Below, in pieces: positions 38,106 through 47,751 of a DNA stretch of 62,446 bases (its first letter is position 1; each line of letters starts with the position of its first letter). Source of the DNA: Clostridia bacterium (GTDB lineage Bacteria > Bacillota > Clostridia > Oscillospirales > CAG-272); the NCBI GenBank assembly GCA_017536635.1, contig JAFXHA010000039.1:1-62446 (forward strand). The letters run 5' to 3'. The notes beneath the pieces were generated by a model, which made no database searches, was not told the DNA's origin, and worked only from the letters and a program-made list of their open reading frames with translations. The position numbers were made by a program, and so were the translations under genes.

Positions 38106-38513
38106 ATGGCTTTTTGTACAAATTGCGGCACAGAGCTCAAGGGTGGCAAGTTTTGCGTAAACTGCGGAGCTGCTGTCGATCAGCCTGAGGCTGAGGTTAA
38201 AAAGGAAGAGCAGGCTGCCCCCGCACCTGCGAAAATGGGACTCGACGTTAAAATGCTCGTTTGGTCTATCATCAACACTGTGCTTTGCTGCCAGATACTT
38301 GGTATCATAGCGCTCGTGTTTACTATACTTGCGTCCGAGGCGACCGATGCAGAGATCGCCAAGAAGTACTTGAAAACTACCAAGATACTTAATATCGTTG
38401 GAATCATCTGTATGGCACTTTACATTTTGTTTATTATAGCTTACGTGATCATTATGATCATTTTCGGCAGTCTTTGGGGACTCGGCGTGATGAGCGCGAT
38501 GGGTATGGCATAA
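38106..38513 (+). CDS. Zinc-ribbon + CD225/dispanin-like membrane protein (paralog)
   Basis: FCTNCG...FCVNCG, then LVWSIINTVLCCQILGIIALVF...AKK. Confidence 0.75.
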   Translation: MAFCTNCGTELKGGKFCVNCGAAVDQPEAEVKKEEQAAPAPAKMGLDVKMLVWSIINTVLCCQILGIIALVFTILASEATDAEIAKKYLKTTKILNIVGIICMALYILFIIAYVIIMIIFGSLWGLGVMSAMGMA

Positions 38514-38572
38514 AAATAAAAGCCGACTATGTCGGCTTTTGTTTATAAGATTGAAGGATCAAGGAGATAAAA

Positions 38573-39010
38573 ATGACCGAAAAGAGAAGGATAGATTGGT
38601 ATTCCAAAAAAATGAGAATATTCGTCGGTATAGCTCTGCCGCTGACCGTCATCGCTCTTGCGGTATTTATTGCCGTGGCGCTGTCCTTGCTTGAACAGGG
38701 ACCGCCCTGCCTTTTTTACCGATTTACAGGACTTTACTGTCCGGGCTGCGGTACGGGCAGAGCGGCCATGGCTATTCTCGACGGAAATCTTTTGCTCGCC
38801 TTCAGAAATCAGCCGCTTATGATGCTCATAGCTCCGTTTGTGCTGTATTATTTGATCAAGGTATATATAGCGTACGTTTTTGGAAAGGACATTCTTCCGT
38901 TTTTTAAAATAGATACTAAATTGGCGATAGGGCTGCTTGTGGTAATACTTTTGTATTGGGTGCTGCGCAATATTCCCGTAAAGCCCTTTACCTACCTTGC
39001 ACCTATTTGA
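38573..39010 (+). CDS. DUF2752-family membrane protein
   Basis: PCLFYRFTGLYCPGCGTGRA and LRNIP motifs. Confidence 0.88.
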   Translation: MTEKRRIDWYSKKMRIFVGIALPLTVIALAVFIAVALSLLEQGPPCLFYRFTGLYCPGCGTGRAAMAILDGNLLLAFRNQPLMMLIAPFVLYYLIKVYIAYVFGKDILPFFKIDTKLAIGLLVVILLYWVLRNIPVKPFTYLAPI

Positions 39011-39022
39011 TATTGAGATGTT

Positions 39023-39054
39023 AAAAATCCCGCGTGCTATGCACGCGGGATTTT
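39023..39054. terminator. Bidirectional terminator
   Basis: AAAATCCCGCGTGC-TAT-GCACGCGGGATTTT. Confidence 0.8.
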
Positions 39055-39058
39055 GTTA

Positions 39059-39118
39059 TTACTTTATTCTTGCAACGCCACTCTTAACAGCTGCGTCGTA
39101 AGACGCGAGCAACGCGGT
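39059..39118 (-). pseudogene. Possible orphan 3' gene fragment (TALLASYDAAVKSGVARIK*), resembling a malic-enzyme C-terminus
   Basis: 20 codons with no start, sitting between two terminators. The resemblance to AAxxSGVARI is from recall. Confidence 0.3.
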
Positions 39119-39187
39119 AAAAAATAAATAATGCGAACGAAAAAGCGCACGGGCAATTGCCCGTGCGCTGAATTGTTATGTATTAGA

Positions 39188-40882
39188 TCAATAGTCGAGA
39201 ATGTCAACCATAAGGTTGTTAAGCTTTGTGGTTGCGGTTCCCTTGATCTGCGACCAAACGGTCGTGATGTTGGAGTAGTTGCTGTTCTCATTGGACCATA
39301 CTCTTCTGAGGAATATGAATACCTCAGAGTATCCGCTTCCGCCACCAAGGTTCTCACAGGTAAGCGAAGAACCGTAGAGGTAGCCAAGGTCGAATACGAT
39401 GGAGTTACGGATAAGGTTGAACATTTCCTTCATTCCGTCATCGCTGGCTGCGAACTGTCTCTTGAGGTAGATCTCAAAGTAACGGGGAGCGATGTACTGG
39501 TTAGCAGATCCTGCAAGCTCCTCAAGAACTGTTGCGGAGCGCTCGAACGCATCGGTCTTTGTTGCCTTGGGAATGAGCCAAGAGGAATATCCGTTGGAGA
39601 AGGGAGTGGAGTAGGTGTTCTTTACGTTGGAATCGTAAAGAGGCATAGGAAGAACGGTGCAATCGATCTCGGGGTTGGATTCAACAAGACCAACCGAGGA
39701 GAGATAGAACATTGCTCTGCCGCCATGGAACATCTGGGATCCGCCGAGCTTGTCGTAAATTCTTATGTCGTCATCAGTCTTGATGGTCTCCTGCCACCAG
39801 TCGATGAAGTCGATAAGGGGCTGGTTGTCAAGCGTCCACTGGTAAGTACCCTTGTTGTTGAGCTCGGTGTATCTGTAGCCTGCTGCATAGAGCCAGTTGT
39901 CAACCCAAGGGTTAGTAGCTGCGGTGCAGAGACCGAACGTATCAAGGTCGTCAGCGCCCTCGTTGCCATCACCCTCGGTGTTGGTATTCTCGTAAGAATT
40001 CTGAATGAGGATAAGCATATTTGCAAAGGTCCAGCTACCGTCCTTGACCATCTGATAAAGGTCCTCTTTTCCGAGGTTGTTAACCTTAGAGAATAAATCA
40101 AGGTTTGCATAAATGCAAAGCATATTACGAATGTTGTTGTAAGAGGAGTTGTCGGACATCCAGAAGATACGGCCGCCGATCATGATCTCCTTCTTTATTT
40201 CCTTACCCCAATATTCCTTATCGGTTTCAACAAGGTTGAGGTTCTCGGACTCTGCAAGGTCCTTGGAAAGTCCCTTTGCGGCAACTACAGGGGGAATGAG
40301 GTTGTAGGAAATTGCGAGGTCGTAGGGAGTTCCTGCACCGGATGCAGACTCGATCTCTGCCGCATAGCCATCCATATTGTAGTATCCACCCTCAGTCTCG
40401 GTTATAACGAAATCGATGTTGAGGAATTCCTCAATGTGCTGCTGACGGTCGATAAGCGCATCCTTGATGATGTCGCCGTCGGATTCGGTAACGAACTCTC
40501 TCTGATAGTTATTGGTATCACCGAGAACGTTAAACGTATATCCACCGTAGTCTCTGTCGTCGGGAATGGAAGTGCCGGGGAAGTTCTCGGGCTTGAGAAG
40601 CTCCTCAATAGGAAGATCATCCAGAGGTGAAGTAACATCTACTTCTACGTTAGTGTCTGCTGAGAAATTGAGATCCTTGGTTTCTGTCTGTTCATTCTCA
40701 GTGTTGTCGTCGTTAGAAGAGTCATCTTCATCGGTGTCATCAACTTCATTGTCTGCGGTCGTGCCGACGGTTGTATCCTTTGTTCCGTCATTGCCGAGCG
40801 GTGTTTTCTTTTTGCCACATCCTACAAACACTGCCGTTATCATGATCAGTGCAAGCACGAGGGCCAAGATTTTCTTAAGCAT
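39188..40882 (-). CDS. Extracellular solute-binding-like lipoprotein, paralog 2
   Basis: Lipobox FVGC; shares GGRIFWMSDNSS, AFERSATVLE and QIKGTATTKLNNLMVDILDY with paralog 1. Confidence 0.8.
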   Translation of the reverse strand: MLKKILALVLALIMITAVFVGCGKKKTPLGNDGTKDTTVGTTADNEVDDTDEDDSSNDDNTENEQTETKDLNFSADTNVEVDVTSPLDDLPIEELLKPENFPGTSIPDDRDYGGYTFNVLGDTNNYQREFVTESDGDIIKDALIDRQQHIEEFLNIDFVITETEGGYYNMDGYAAEIESASGAGTPYDLAISYNLIPPVVAAKGLSKDLAESENLNLVETDKEYWGKEIKKEIMIGGRIFWMSDNSSYNNIRNMLCIYANLDLFSKVNNLGKEDLYQMVKDGSWTFANMLILIQNSYENTNTEGDGNEGADDLDTFGLCTAATNPWVDNWLYAAGYRYTELNNKGTYQWTLDNQPLIDFIDWWQETIKTDDDIRIYDKLGGSQMFHGGRAMFYLSSVGLVESNPEIDCTVLPMPLYDSNVKNTYSTPFSNGYSSWLIPKATKTDAFERSATVLEELAGSANQYIAPRYFEIYLKRQFAASDDGMKEMFNLIRNSIVFDLGYLYGSSLTCENLGGGSGYSEVFIFLRRVWSNENSNYSNITTVWSQIKGTATTKLNNLMVDILDY

Positions 40883-41049
40883 TTTTCTTCTCCTTTAAGA
40901 ATTTTTTTGGTTAGGCACAATTATTTTACCATAATTCGATCTCCTCGTCAAGAGGGGAAAAATAAATTTACACATTATATAAAAAGTATTTGATTTTTTT
41001 GTGTTTTGTGCTATAATAAATGTAAATAATGATTGCGAGGAGATATTGC

Positions 41050-41979
41050 ATGGCTAACATTTATCGCTCGGTTGAGCAGCTTGTCGGCAGAACACCGCTA
41101 ATGGAGCTTGTAAAAATAGAAAATAAATATAACTTAAAAGCAAAGCTTTACGCAAAGCTGGAGCTTTTTAATCCTGCGGGAAGCATTAAGGACAGGGTCG
41201 CGCTTGAAATGATCAACGATGCAGAGGCGCGCGGGATTATTAAGGCGGGCTCGGCAATCATTGAGCCGACGTCGGGTAACACGGGTATTGGTATTGCGGC
41301 AATAGCGCGCGCGAGGGGATACAGAGCTATTATAGTTATGCCCGACAGTATGTCCGAGGAGCGAAGAAAGCTCGTCCGCGCGTATGGAGCCGAGCTTGTG
41401 CTTACCGATGGAAAGCTTGGAATGGCAGGAGCCATCTCCGAGGCGGAAAAGCTTCAAAGTCAGCTGCCTGACAGTATCATTGCGGGACAGTTTGATAATC
41501 CTGCGAATTCGGCGGCGCACAGAAAGACCACAGGACCTGAGATATACGAGGATACCGATGGCGAGGTCGATATATTCATCGCTTGTGTCGGCACGGGCGG
41601 AACGATTACGGGTGTTGGAGAATATCTGAAATCCCAAAATCCGCTTGTTAAGGTGATTGCGGTAGAGCCTGAAAGCTCCCCCGTGCTCTCGGGTGGCAGT
41701 GCAGGCGCTCACGGTATACAGGGAATAGGAGCGGGATTTGTGCCAAGCGTGCTTAATACCGAGATATACGACGAAATAATGACTGTGTCGGATAAGGACG
41801 CATTCGCTCGCGGTCGAGAGCTTGGTGTTGAAGAAGGGTTGCTCGTGGGCATATCCTCGGGTGCAGCGCTGGATGCGGCGATACGAGTAGCGTCCCGCGA
41901 GGAGAACGCTGGCAAGAGGATAGTGCTGATCTTTCCCGACACGGGATCGAGATATCTCTCGACTCAAATGTTTGAATGA
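41050..41979 (+). CDS. cysK: Cysteine synthase A
   Basis: NPAGSIKDR, EPTSGNTG, GTGGT and HGIQGIGAGF motifs. Confidence 0.95.
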   Translation: MANIYRSVEQLVGRTPLMELVKIENKYNLKAKLYAKLELFNPAGSIKDRVALEMINDAEARGIIKAGSAIIEPTSGNTGIGIAAIARARGYRAIIVMPDSMSEERRKLVRAYGAELVLTDGKLGMAGAISEAEKLQSQLPDSIIAGQFDNPANSAAHRKTTGPEIYEDTDGEVDIFIACVGTGGTITGVGEYLKSQNPLVKVIAVEPESSPVLSGGSAGAHGIQGIGAGFVPSVLNTEIYDEIMTVSDKDAFARGRELGVEEGLLVGISSGAALDAAIRVASREENAGKRIVLIFPDTGSRYLSTQMFE

Positions 41980-41987
41980 TTTAAATA

Positions 41988-42031
41988 AAAAGGCTTGGAA
42001 AAATCCAAGCCTTTTGTTTTTTGATTTTAAT
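41988..42031. repeat. Terminator, duplicated copy 1
   Basis: AAAAGGCTTGGAAAAATCCAAGCCTTTTGTTTTTTGATTTTAAT; matches 46286-46329. Confidence 0.85.
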
Positions 42032-43715
42032 AATCAAGAATATCTACCATCAGGTTTTTGAGCTTTGTTGTTGCGGTACCCTTTATCTGCGGCCATACTG
42101 CAGAAATGCTGGAATATGCACCGCTTCCGTTGCCCGACCATATCTTTCTTATAGCGAGGAATACCTCTTCGTAAGATCCTGTGCTGAGATTTTCAACTCT
42201 CAGGGATGCTCCGTAAAGGACGCCGAAGTCGAATACCATTCCGTTTCGAATGATATTGAACATTTTTTGCATATGCTCGTCGTGTCCGGCGTTCTGCCTC
42301 TTGAGATATATCTCAAAATAAACGGGTGCTATACGGCGATTGCCCTCTGCCGCGATAAGCTCAAGCACGGTTGCGGAGCGCTCAAACGCATCTGCCTTTG
42401 CGGCCTTGGGGATAAGATAGGAAGTGTATCCGCCGGTCAGAGGCGTAGAATAGGTATTTTTTACGCTTGATTTATACAGGGGAAGGGGAAGTATCGTGAA
42501 ATCTATTTCGAGATTCTGTTCGATCATAGCTACGTCCGAGTATGCGAACATTGCTCTGCCCTCGGAGAACATTTTGTATCTTGTGGGATCCTGCTTGTAA
42601 ACGTCGTTGTCGTTGAGCTGAGCCTGCCACCAATCTATAAAGTCAATAATAGGCTGCTGGTCAAGTGTCCAGTCGAACGTGCCTTTATTGTTCATTTCCG
42701 TGTATCTGAAGCCCGATGCAAACAACCAGTTGTCGAGCCACGCACCACGCTCTGTGCCGAGGAAACCGTACGTATCGCCTTCGTCGGAATCCATATTTTC
42801 TGTGTTGGTGTTCTCATAAGTATCCTGCGCGAGAACCATCATATTTTCCATCGTCCAGGCACCGTCGTAAACCATATCGTAAAGATCAAACTTATCCTTG
42901 CCCGCGTGCTCACTTGAGAAAAATTCGTTGTTAACGAAAATGCAAAGCATCTTGCTGAAGGAAGGATAAGAGGAGTTGTCGGACATCCAGAAGATACGGC
43001 CGCCGACCATTATTTCCTTCTTGATTTCCTGTCCCCAATATTCCTTGGTGGTTTCCAGAAGATTGAGATTGTCAGATTCCGCAAGGTCTCTGGAGAGTCC
43101 CTTTGCCGCAACGAGCGGGGGAATAAGGTTGTATGCGAGTGAGAGGTCATAAGGGGTTCCCGCACCCGAGGCAGCTTCTATTTCCGACGTGAAGGGATCC
43201 ATATCCGAATATCCGCCGTAAAGGGGAGTAAAGACGAAATCTATACCAACGTATTCTTCTATCCACTTCTGACGGTTTATTATGGCATCCTTGACTATAT
43301 CTCCGTCGGATTCCTCAAGGAATTCTCCGGCAGAAATAAGCGAATCGGCGAGCACCTTGAACTCATATCCGCCGTAATCTCTGTCCTCGGGGATGTCAGA
43401 CCCCTGAAAGTTTTCGGGCTTGAGAAGATCCTCAAGCGTGTAATCCTCATATTTTGAGGTGTCGTCAACTACAACGTTTGTGTCGGTAGCAAAGCTGATC
43501 TCCTCGGTCTCCGAATCTTCCTTGCTGTCGCTTTCATCTTCCGAATCCTCGCTTGGCGCGGAATCGTCTTTTTTGGTATCTGCAGTGGTCGATGCCGTAG
43601 TATCCTTCGTGCCATCCGATTCGCCACCGAGATTGGTCTTCTTGGAGCTGCATCCTACGAACACTGCCGTTATCATAAGCAATGCAAGCACGAGAGCTAA
43701 GATCTTTTTGAACAT
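42027..43715 (-). CDS. Extracellular solute-binding-like lipoprotein, paralog 3
   Basis: Same lipobox, motifs and C-terminus (LMVDILDY) as paralogs 1 and 2. Confidence 0.8.
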   Translation of the reverse strand: MFKKILALVLALLMITAVFVGCSSKKTNLGGESDGTKDTTASTTADTKKDDSAPSEDSEDESDSKEDSETEEISFATDTNVVVDDTSKYEDYTLEDLLKPENFQGSDIPEDRDYGGYEFKVLADSLISAGEFLEESDGDIVKDAIINRQKWIEEYVGIDFVFTPLYGGYSDMDPFTSEIEAASGAGTPYDLSLAYNLIPPLVAAKGLSRDLAESDNLNLLETTKEYWGQEIKKEIMVGGRIFWMSDNSSYPSFSKMLCIFVNNEFFSSEHAGKDKFDLYDMVYDGAWTMENMMVLAQDTYENTNTENMDSDEGDTYGFLGTERGAWLDNWLFASGFRYTEMNNKGTFDWTLDQQPIIDFIDWWQAQLNDNDVYKQDPTRYKMFSEGRAMFAYSDVAMIEQNLEIDFTILPLPLYKSSVKNTYSTPLTGGYTSYLIPKAAKADAFERSATVLELIAAEGNRRIAPVYFEIYLKRQNAGHDEHMQKMFNIIRNGMVFDFGVLYGASLRVENLSTGSYEEVFLAIRKIWSGNGSGAYSSISAVWPQIKGTATTKLKNLMVDILDY

Positions 43716-43749
43716 AATACCCTCCATTTGTGTTTATTTAATAATAATT

Positions 43750-45324
43750 TTAAACCAATTTAAATACGCTTCCGGGATCGGCGATGTCGTGAAAGGCCGC
43801 GCCTTCAAGTCCGATCTGCGAGAGAAGCGCCCCGTCGAGCCTCAGCGTATTGCCTTCGATGTGTACGCCCTCAAGGTCGGTTATGTCCTTTTGCTCGTCA
43901 AGCAGTATATCGCCGCCGAACAGGCGCATTCCCTCAATGCATCTGTCAAACTCAAGCGTAAGAGAGCGATATAAACCGAAAACTCCGAAGCATTTGTCAG
44001 CTGAGATGCCGCGTGCTGCTATATCTACCTCGGGTGTCGTACAGTTCATAATGCCGTCGATAGTTCTCGGTAGCGTGGCTATGGTGTATACGCCTGTCTC
44101 ACGGTTTACAGATGCTACCACGTACGGATGATGCTCCATCAAGTAGTGTCGGGGTCTTGTGTCAAGTATTTCGGGAAGAGAAGTGTTGCGCGCAACTATT
44201 TTAGGCGCGGTCTGTCGGATCGACTTGCCCGCATAGGCGTTTTGCGTGTAAGGATATGGCTCTTTTTCATAGGTCCAACTATCTGTGAGCCATTCGTTTG
44301 AGCTTACCGTCTCCCCCTTCTTGAAGGTCATCGCAGGTGCGATGCGTTGCCAGCGCAGAGCGCGCTGATAATGGTCAAAGGAGTGAAATTCGGATTTTAG
44401 GGTAGCCTGTTTTGAAATTCCGTTCTTCATAATATCGCTCGGGAGCATAGTGATTATGCTTCCGCGAAGCAACGGATGCGACATGATTCCCATAGTACAT
44501 CCAAGAGAAGCCGCAAGATAAGGCTCTTCGCCGACGTTTATAATGCCGCCGCAGTCGTAATCCATATCGCAGTCAAGCGTGAGCATAGCGTGCGCACGTC
44601 CAAGAGAGGTAACTGAATTGAAGTCAAATTTGACGTCATAGCAACGGAATGTGTCAGATATTTTCAAGGTGTTTGCAAGCTTTTCCTTGTCGTCGTTTGG
44701 ATTAAAGAACCAGCTGTCAAGTATTGCGTGCTCAACTGTAACGTCCGGCGCGTATTCCTTGAATATTTCGGTCAGCGCTCTGCGATAGTCAACGTCGCGC
44801 TCGTGTATACCCCAATCCACCTTGAGATAAGCGATGCCTGCATAGCTTAGCCATTTTGCGCGCTCTATCCAATATTCCTTGAACTGATCAAGGCTGAACG
44901 GCTCGTCCTTTGTTTCTCCTATACAGCTCATCGGAACCCACAATCCTGTGCCCGCGTATCCGAGATCGAGTATCTTTTTATTAAGTATTGCCAGATTCTC
45001 CGCGGGTGTTTTGCCGCCGTATGGGAAGCGCTCCTCATTGAGTATCAGAGAGCCGAAAGCGTAGTAATCACCGTTATAGGGAACGTCCCAGCCGTCGTCA
45101 AGCACTACGTACATATCCTTGCGTACGTCCTGCATATATTCGGACAGAACCCCGCGCTTTCCGAACAGGAACTCATCGCTGAGCATTTCGCGCTGAACTA
45201 TATCGTGATTAGGAATGTCGTATGTGCGCATGTGCAAAAAGGCGTTTGGCATAAAAAATCTTTGATTACGCCACGAGCACCAATAATTTGCGGTATTTTT
45301 TCCTTCTGAAGGTATAAGTTTCAT
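43750..45324 (-). CDS. Putative clan-D (GH27/GH36-like) glycoside hydrolase
   Basis: VVLDDGWD, GLW and YLKVDWG motifs. Start at MKLIP behind AGGAG. Confidence 0.6.
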   Translation of the reverse strand: MKLIPSEGKNTANYWCSWRNQRFFMPNAFLHMRTYDIPNHDIVQREMLSDEFLFGKRGVLSEYMQDVRKDMYVVLDDGWDVPYNGDYYAFGSLILNEERFPYGGKTPAENLAILNKKILDLGYAGTGLWVPMSCIGETKDEPFSLDQFKEYWIERAKWLSYAGIAYLKVDWGIHERDVDYRRALTEIFKEYAPDVTVEHAILDSWFFNPNDDKEKLANTLKISDTFRCYDVKFDFNSVTSLGRAHAMLTLDCDMDYDCGGIINVGEEPYLAASLGCTMGIMSHPLLRGSIITMLPSDIMKNGISKQATLKSEFHSFDHYQRALRWQRIAPAMTFKKGETVSSNEWLTDSWTYEKEPYPYTQNAYAGKSIRQTAPKIVARNTSLPEILDTRPRHYLMEHHPYVVASVNRETGVYTIATLPRTIDGIMNCTTPEVDIAARGISADKCFGVFGLYRSLTLEFDRCIEGMRLFGGDILLDEQKDITDLEGVHIEGNTLRLDGALLSQIGLEGAAFHDIADPGSVFKLV

Positions 45325-45450
45325 ATTTTTACTCCTGTCAATGAATATTATTTCATTATACGGTTTCATTGTATCATATCATAATTGATTTGTCTATTGA
45401 CAAATTGTGCTTTTGTATGGTATAATTTCACTGTGAGGGGGTGAGCCTTT

Positions 45451-46287
45451 ATGAGTATACTGAGCAGAGTTGCCGTTAAGAGCGGAGACACGGATTATGA
45501 TTTTAACGTTTATTCCGTCGGACTTGAAAACACTGTTCCCGGTAAATCTGTCGGACCTTGCGTCAGAAGCAAATACGTTATTCATTACGTATTGGGAGGG
45601 CGTGGCACGTTCAACGGCATTCCGATAGAGCGTGGAGACGGCTTTTTAATATGTCCGAATCAGCTTCATAAATATACCTCGGACGTTGAGGCTCCGCTTC
45701 AATATGGCTGGATATCCTTTTACGGATATGAAACCGAAAAGGTGTTGAGCAAGGCGGGGATCGAGCTGAGAAATCAAGTTTTCAAGTGCGATTGGATTGA
45801 CGATCTGGATACGTTGTTCGAGCTCTTATGTCGGGACAGATTCGATACGATAGATGCCGAGAAGTACCTTGAGGGATGCTTTCATATCTTGATGTCATTT
45901 CATATAAAGGCATATAATGAGCGAACTATGTCTGCTACTCAGAAAAGCCTGACTAAAGAGCACGTGGCAGAGGCGGTGAAATATATCAATGCCAATTATT
46001 GCCGAAGGCTTACTGTGGAAGAGGTGGCGGCTGAATGCTTCGTCAGCGCGCATTATCTGTCTAATATTTTCAAAAGGGAAATGGGCTTTTCACCGCAGAA
46101 TTATATTGTCGGTGTAAGGATCAAACGCGCCAAGGAGCTGCTCGCGATAGAAAATCTGTCTATAACAGATATAGCTAATTCGGTAGGATATGCCGACGTT
46201 CTGGCGTTTTCAAAGATATTCCGCAAAAACGTGGGAGTGTCTCCAAGCGTTTATCGCGCAAGGCTCATAGAAGGTAAAGATAAATAA
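45451..46287 (+). CDS. AraC-family regulator
   Basis: IHYVLGGRG cupin; FKREMGFSPQNY...VGYADVLAFSKIF HTH. Confidence 0.93.
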   Translation: MSILSRVAVKSGDTDYDFNVYSVGLENTVPGKSVGPCVRSKYVIHYVLGGRGTFNGIPIERGDGFLICPNQLHKYTSDVEAPLQYGWISFYGYETEKVLSKAGIELRNQVFKCDWIDDLDTLFELLCRDRFDTIDAEKYLEGCFHILMSFHIKAYNERTMSATQKSLTKEHVAEAVKYINANYCRRLTVEEVAAECFVSAHYLSNIFKREMGFSPQNYIVGVRIKRAKELLAIENLSITDIANSVGYADVLAFSKIFRKNVGVSPSVYRARLIEGKDK

Positions 46288-46329
46288 AAGGCTTGGATTT
46301 TTCCAAGCCTTTTGTTTTTTGAATTTAAT
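46286..46329. repeat. Terminator, duplicated copy 2 (loop inverted)
   Basis: AAAAGGCTTGGATTTTTCCAAGCCTTTTGTTTTTTGAATTTAAT. Confidence 0.85.
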
Positions 46330-47618
46330 TAAAGTCCGAGGTCTCCGTAAAGCGCGTCGATATCAACTACTTCGTTGTGGAGTCTGGAGTATTCGGCAGC
46401 GAACGAGATGTAGTGGTTCTTTGCCGAGGTTGCGATATCGGCTACCGAGCAACCGGTGTAGGTGCCGTTGAGGTAATCGTACATATCGGTAACGATGCCC
46501 TGGTCTCCGCCGCCGTGTCCGCCGAGAATGGACTCCTCGATCTCGGGAACGGGAACCATAGTGGTCTGCTTATCCTCAAAGGTATAAACGGTAATAGACT
46601 TGTCGCTTGCGAATGCGTAAAGCTCACCCTTTGTACCGAAGATTCTTATGTATCTTCCGCCCTTGTTGAATGCGTTCATCGAGAAGTTTACGGTTACTCC
46701 GTTCTCAAAGAGCATATTTACGACCTGATTATCAACTACGTCGTTGTTAGCGTGGTAAACGCAGAGACCGTAATCGGTGGTTCTGAGCGCTTCCATAACC
46801 TCTTCGTCGGTGGGAACAGCACCCTTGGCAACGTTTCTTGTTGCGGCACCTCTGAACCAGAGGTTAGTCTTTGCATCGTAGTAAAGCTTAATGCAATCGT
46901 AGGGGCAGTTAGCTCTTGCGGGGCACTCGCCGTCAACACAGCTAACGGGTGCTCCCTCGGGAGCGTTTTCAGCGTTAAAGTGAGCGATACTACCAAAGGA
47001 TTGAACCGACTTACATTTGGATCCTACGAGCCACTGGATCATATCAACGTCGTGGCAGCTCTTTGCAAGGATCATAGGAGCGGTCTCCTCGGAGCTATGC
47101 CAGTTGCCTCGAACAAAGCTATGGCTCTGGTGAACATTTCCAACCGCCTCAATGTGATTTATAGATACTATCTTTCCGATAGTACCCTCGTCGATAAGAT
47201 CCTTTACCTTCTTGAAGAAGGGAGCGTAACGGAGAACGTGGCAAACAAGGACCTTGGCACCCTTGTCTCTCGCAGCTACTGCGATATCAGCACATTCCTT
47301 TGCGGTCTGCGCAGCAGGCTTTTCAAGAAGGAGATCGTATCCGAGATCGATCGCCTTGAGCGCAGGCTCATAGTGCATATCGTCCATCGTGGAGATGATC
47401 GCAAGGTCAGCAAATTTCGGCTTTGCGAGGATCTCGCTCCAGCACTTGAAGCAGTTTTCCTCGGGAATGTTGTGCATATCGCGGATTTTGTTTCGTCTTC
47501 CCTCAACGGGCTCGGCAACACCGACGACCTCGTATTTTTCGGGCATAGCCTTCATAAGGGTTACGTACTTGGAGCCTCTGTCTCCGGCACCAATCAAAAT
47601 TACAGAAATCTTTTTCAT
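46329..47618 (-). CDS. Gfo/Idh/MocA-family oxidoreductase
   Basis: IGAGDRG, LLEKP, HVLRY, KSCHDVD and GHGGGD motifs. Confidence 0.92.
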   Translation of the reverse strand: MKKISVILIGAGDRGSKYVTLMKAMPEKYEVVGVAEPVEGRRNKIRDMHNIPEENCFKCWSEILAKPKFADLAIISTMDDMHYEPALKAIDLGYDLLLEKPAAQTAKECADIAVAARDKGAKVLVCHVLRYAPFFKKVKDLIDEGTIGKIVSINHIEAVGNVHQSHSFVRGNWHSSEETAPMILAKSCHDVDMIQWLVGSKCKSVQSFGSIAHFNAENAPEGAPVSCVDGECPARANCPYDCIKLYYDAKTNLWFRGAATRNVAKGAVPTDEEVMEALRTTDYGLCVYHANNDVVDNQVVNMLFENGVTVNFSMNAFNKGGRYIRIFGTKGELYAFASDKSITVYTFEDKQTTMVPVPEIEESILGGHGGGDQGIVTDMYDYLNGTYTGCSVADIATSAKNHYISFAAEYSRLHNEVVDIDALYGDLGL

Positions 47619-47751
47619 AAGCTTTTCCTTTCGCGGCGAGAGCGCCGACTTTCCTATTTTTTCTATATTTTGAATCCTTATTGTAGCATACTTTTTTTGT
47701 AAAGTCAATGCTTTGGTCAATTTTTTATATAAATATTTAACATCGCCGCTA

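Noticed and set aside
21414-43715. Diversity-generating retroelement acting on the lipoprotein paralogs
   Set aside because: No reverse transcriptase or template repeat in the window; the C-termini are conserved, and differences are not confined to adenines.
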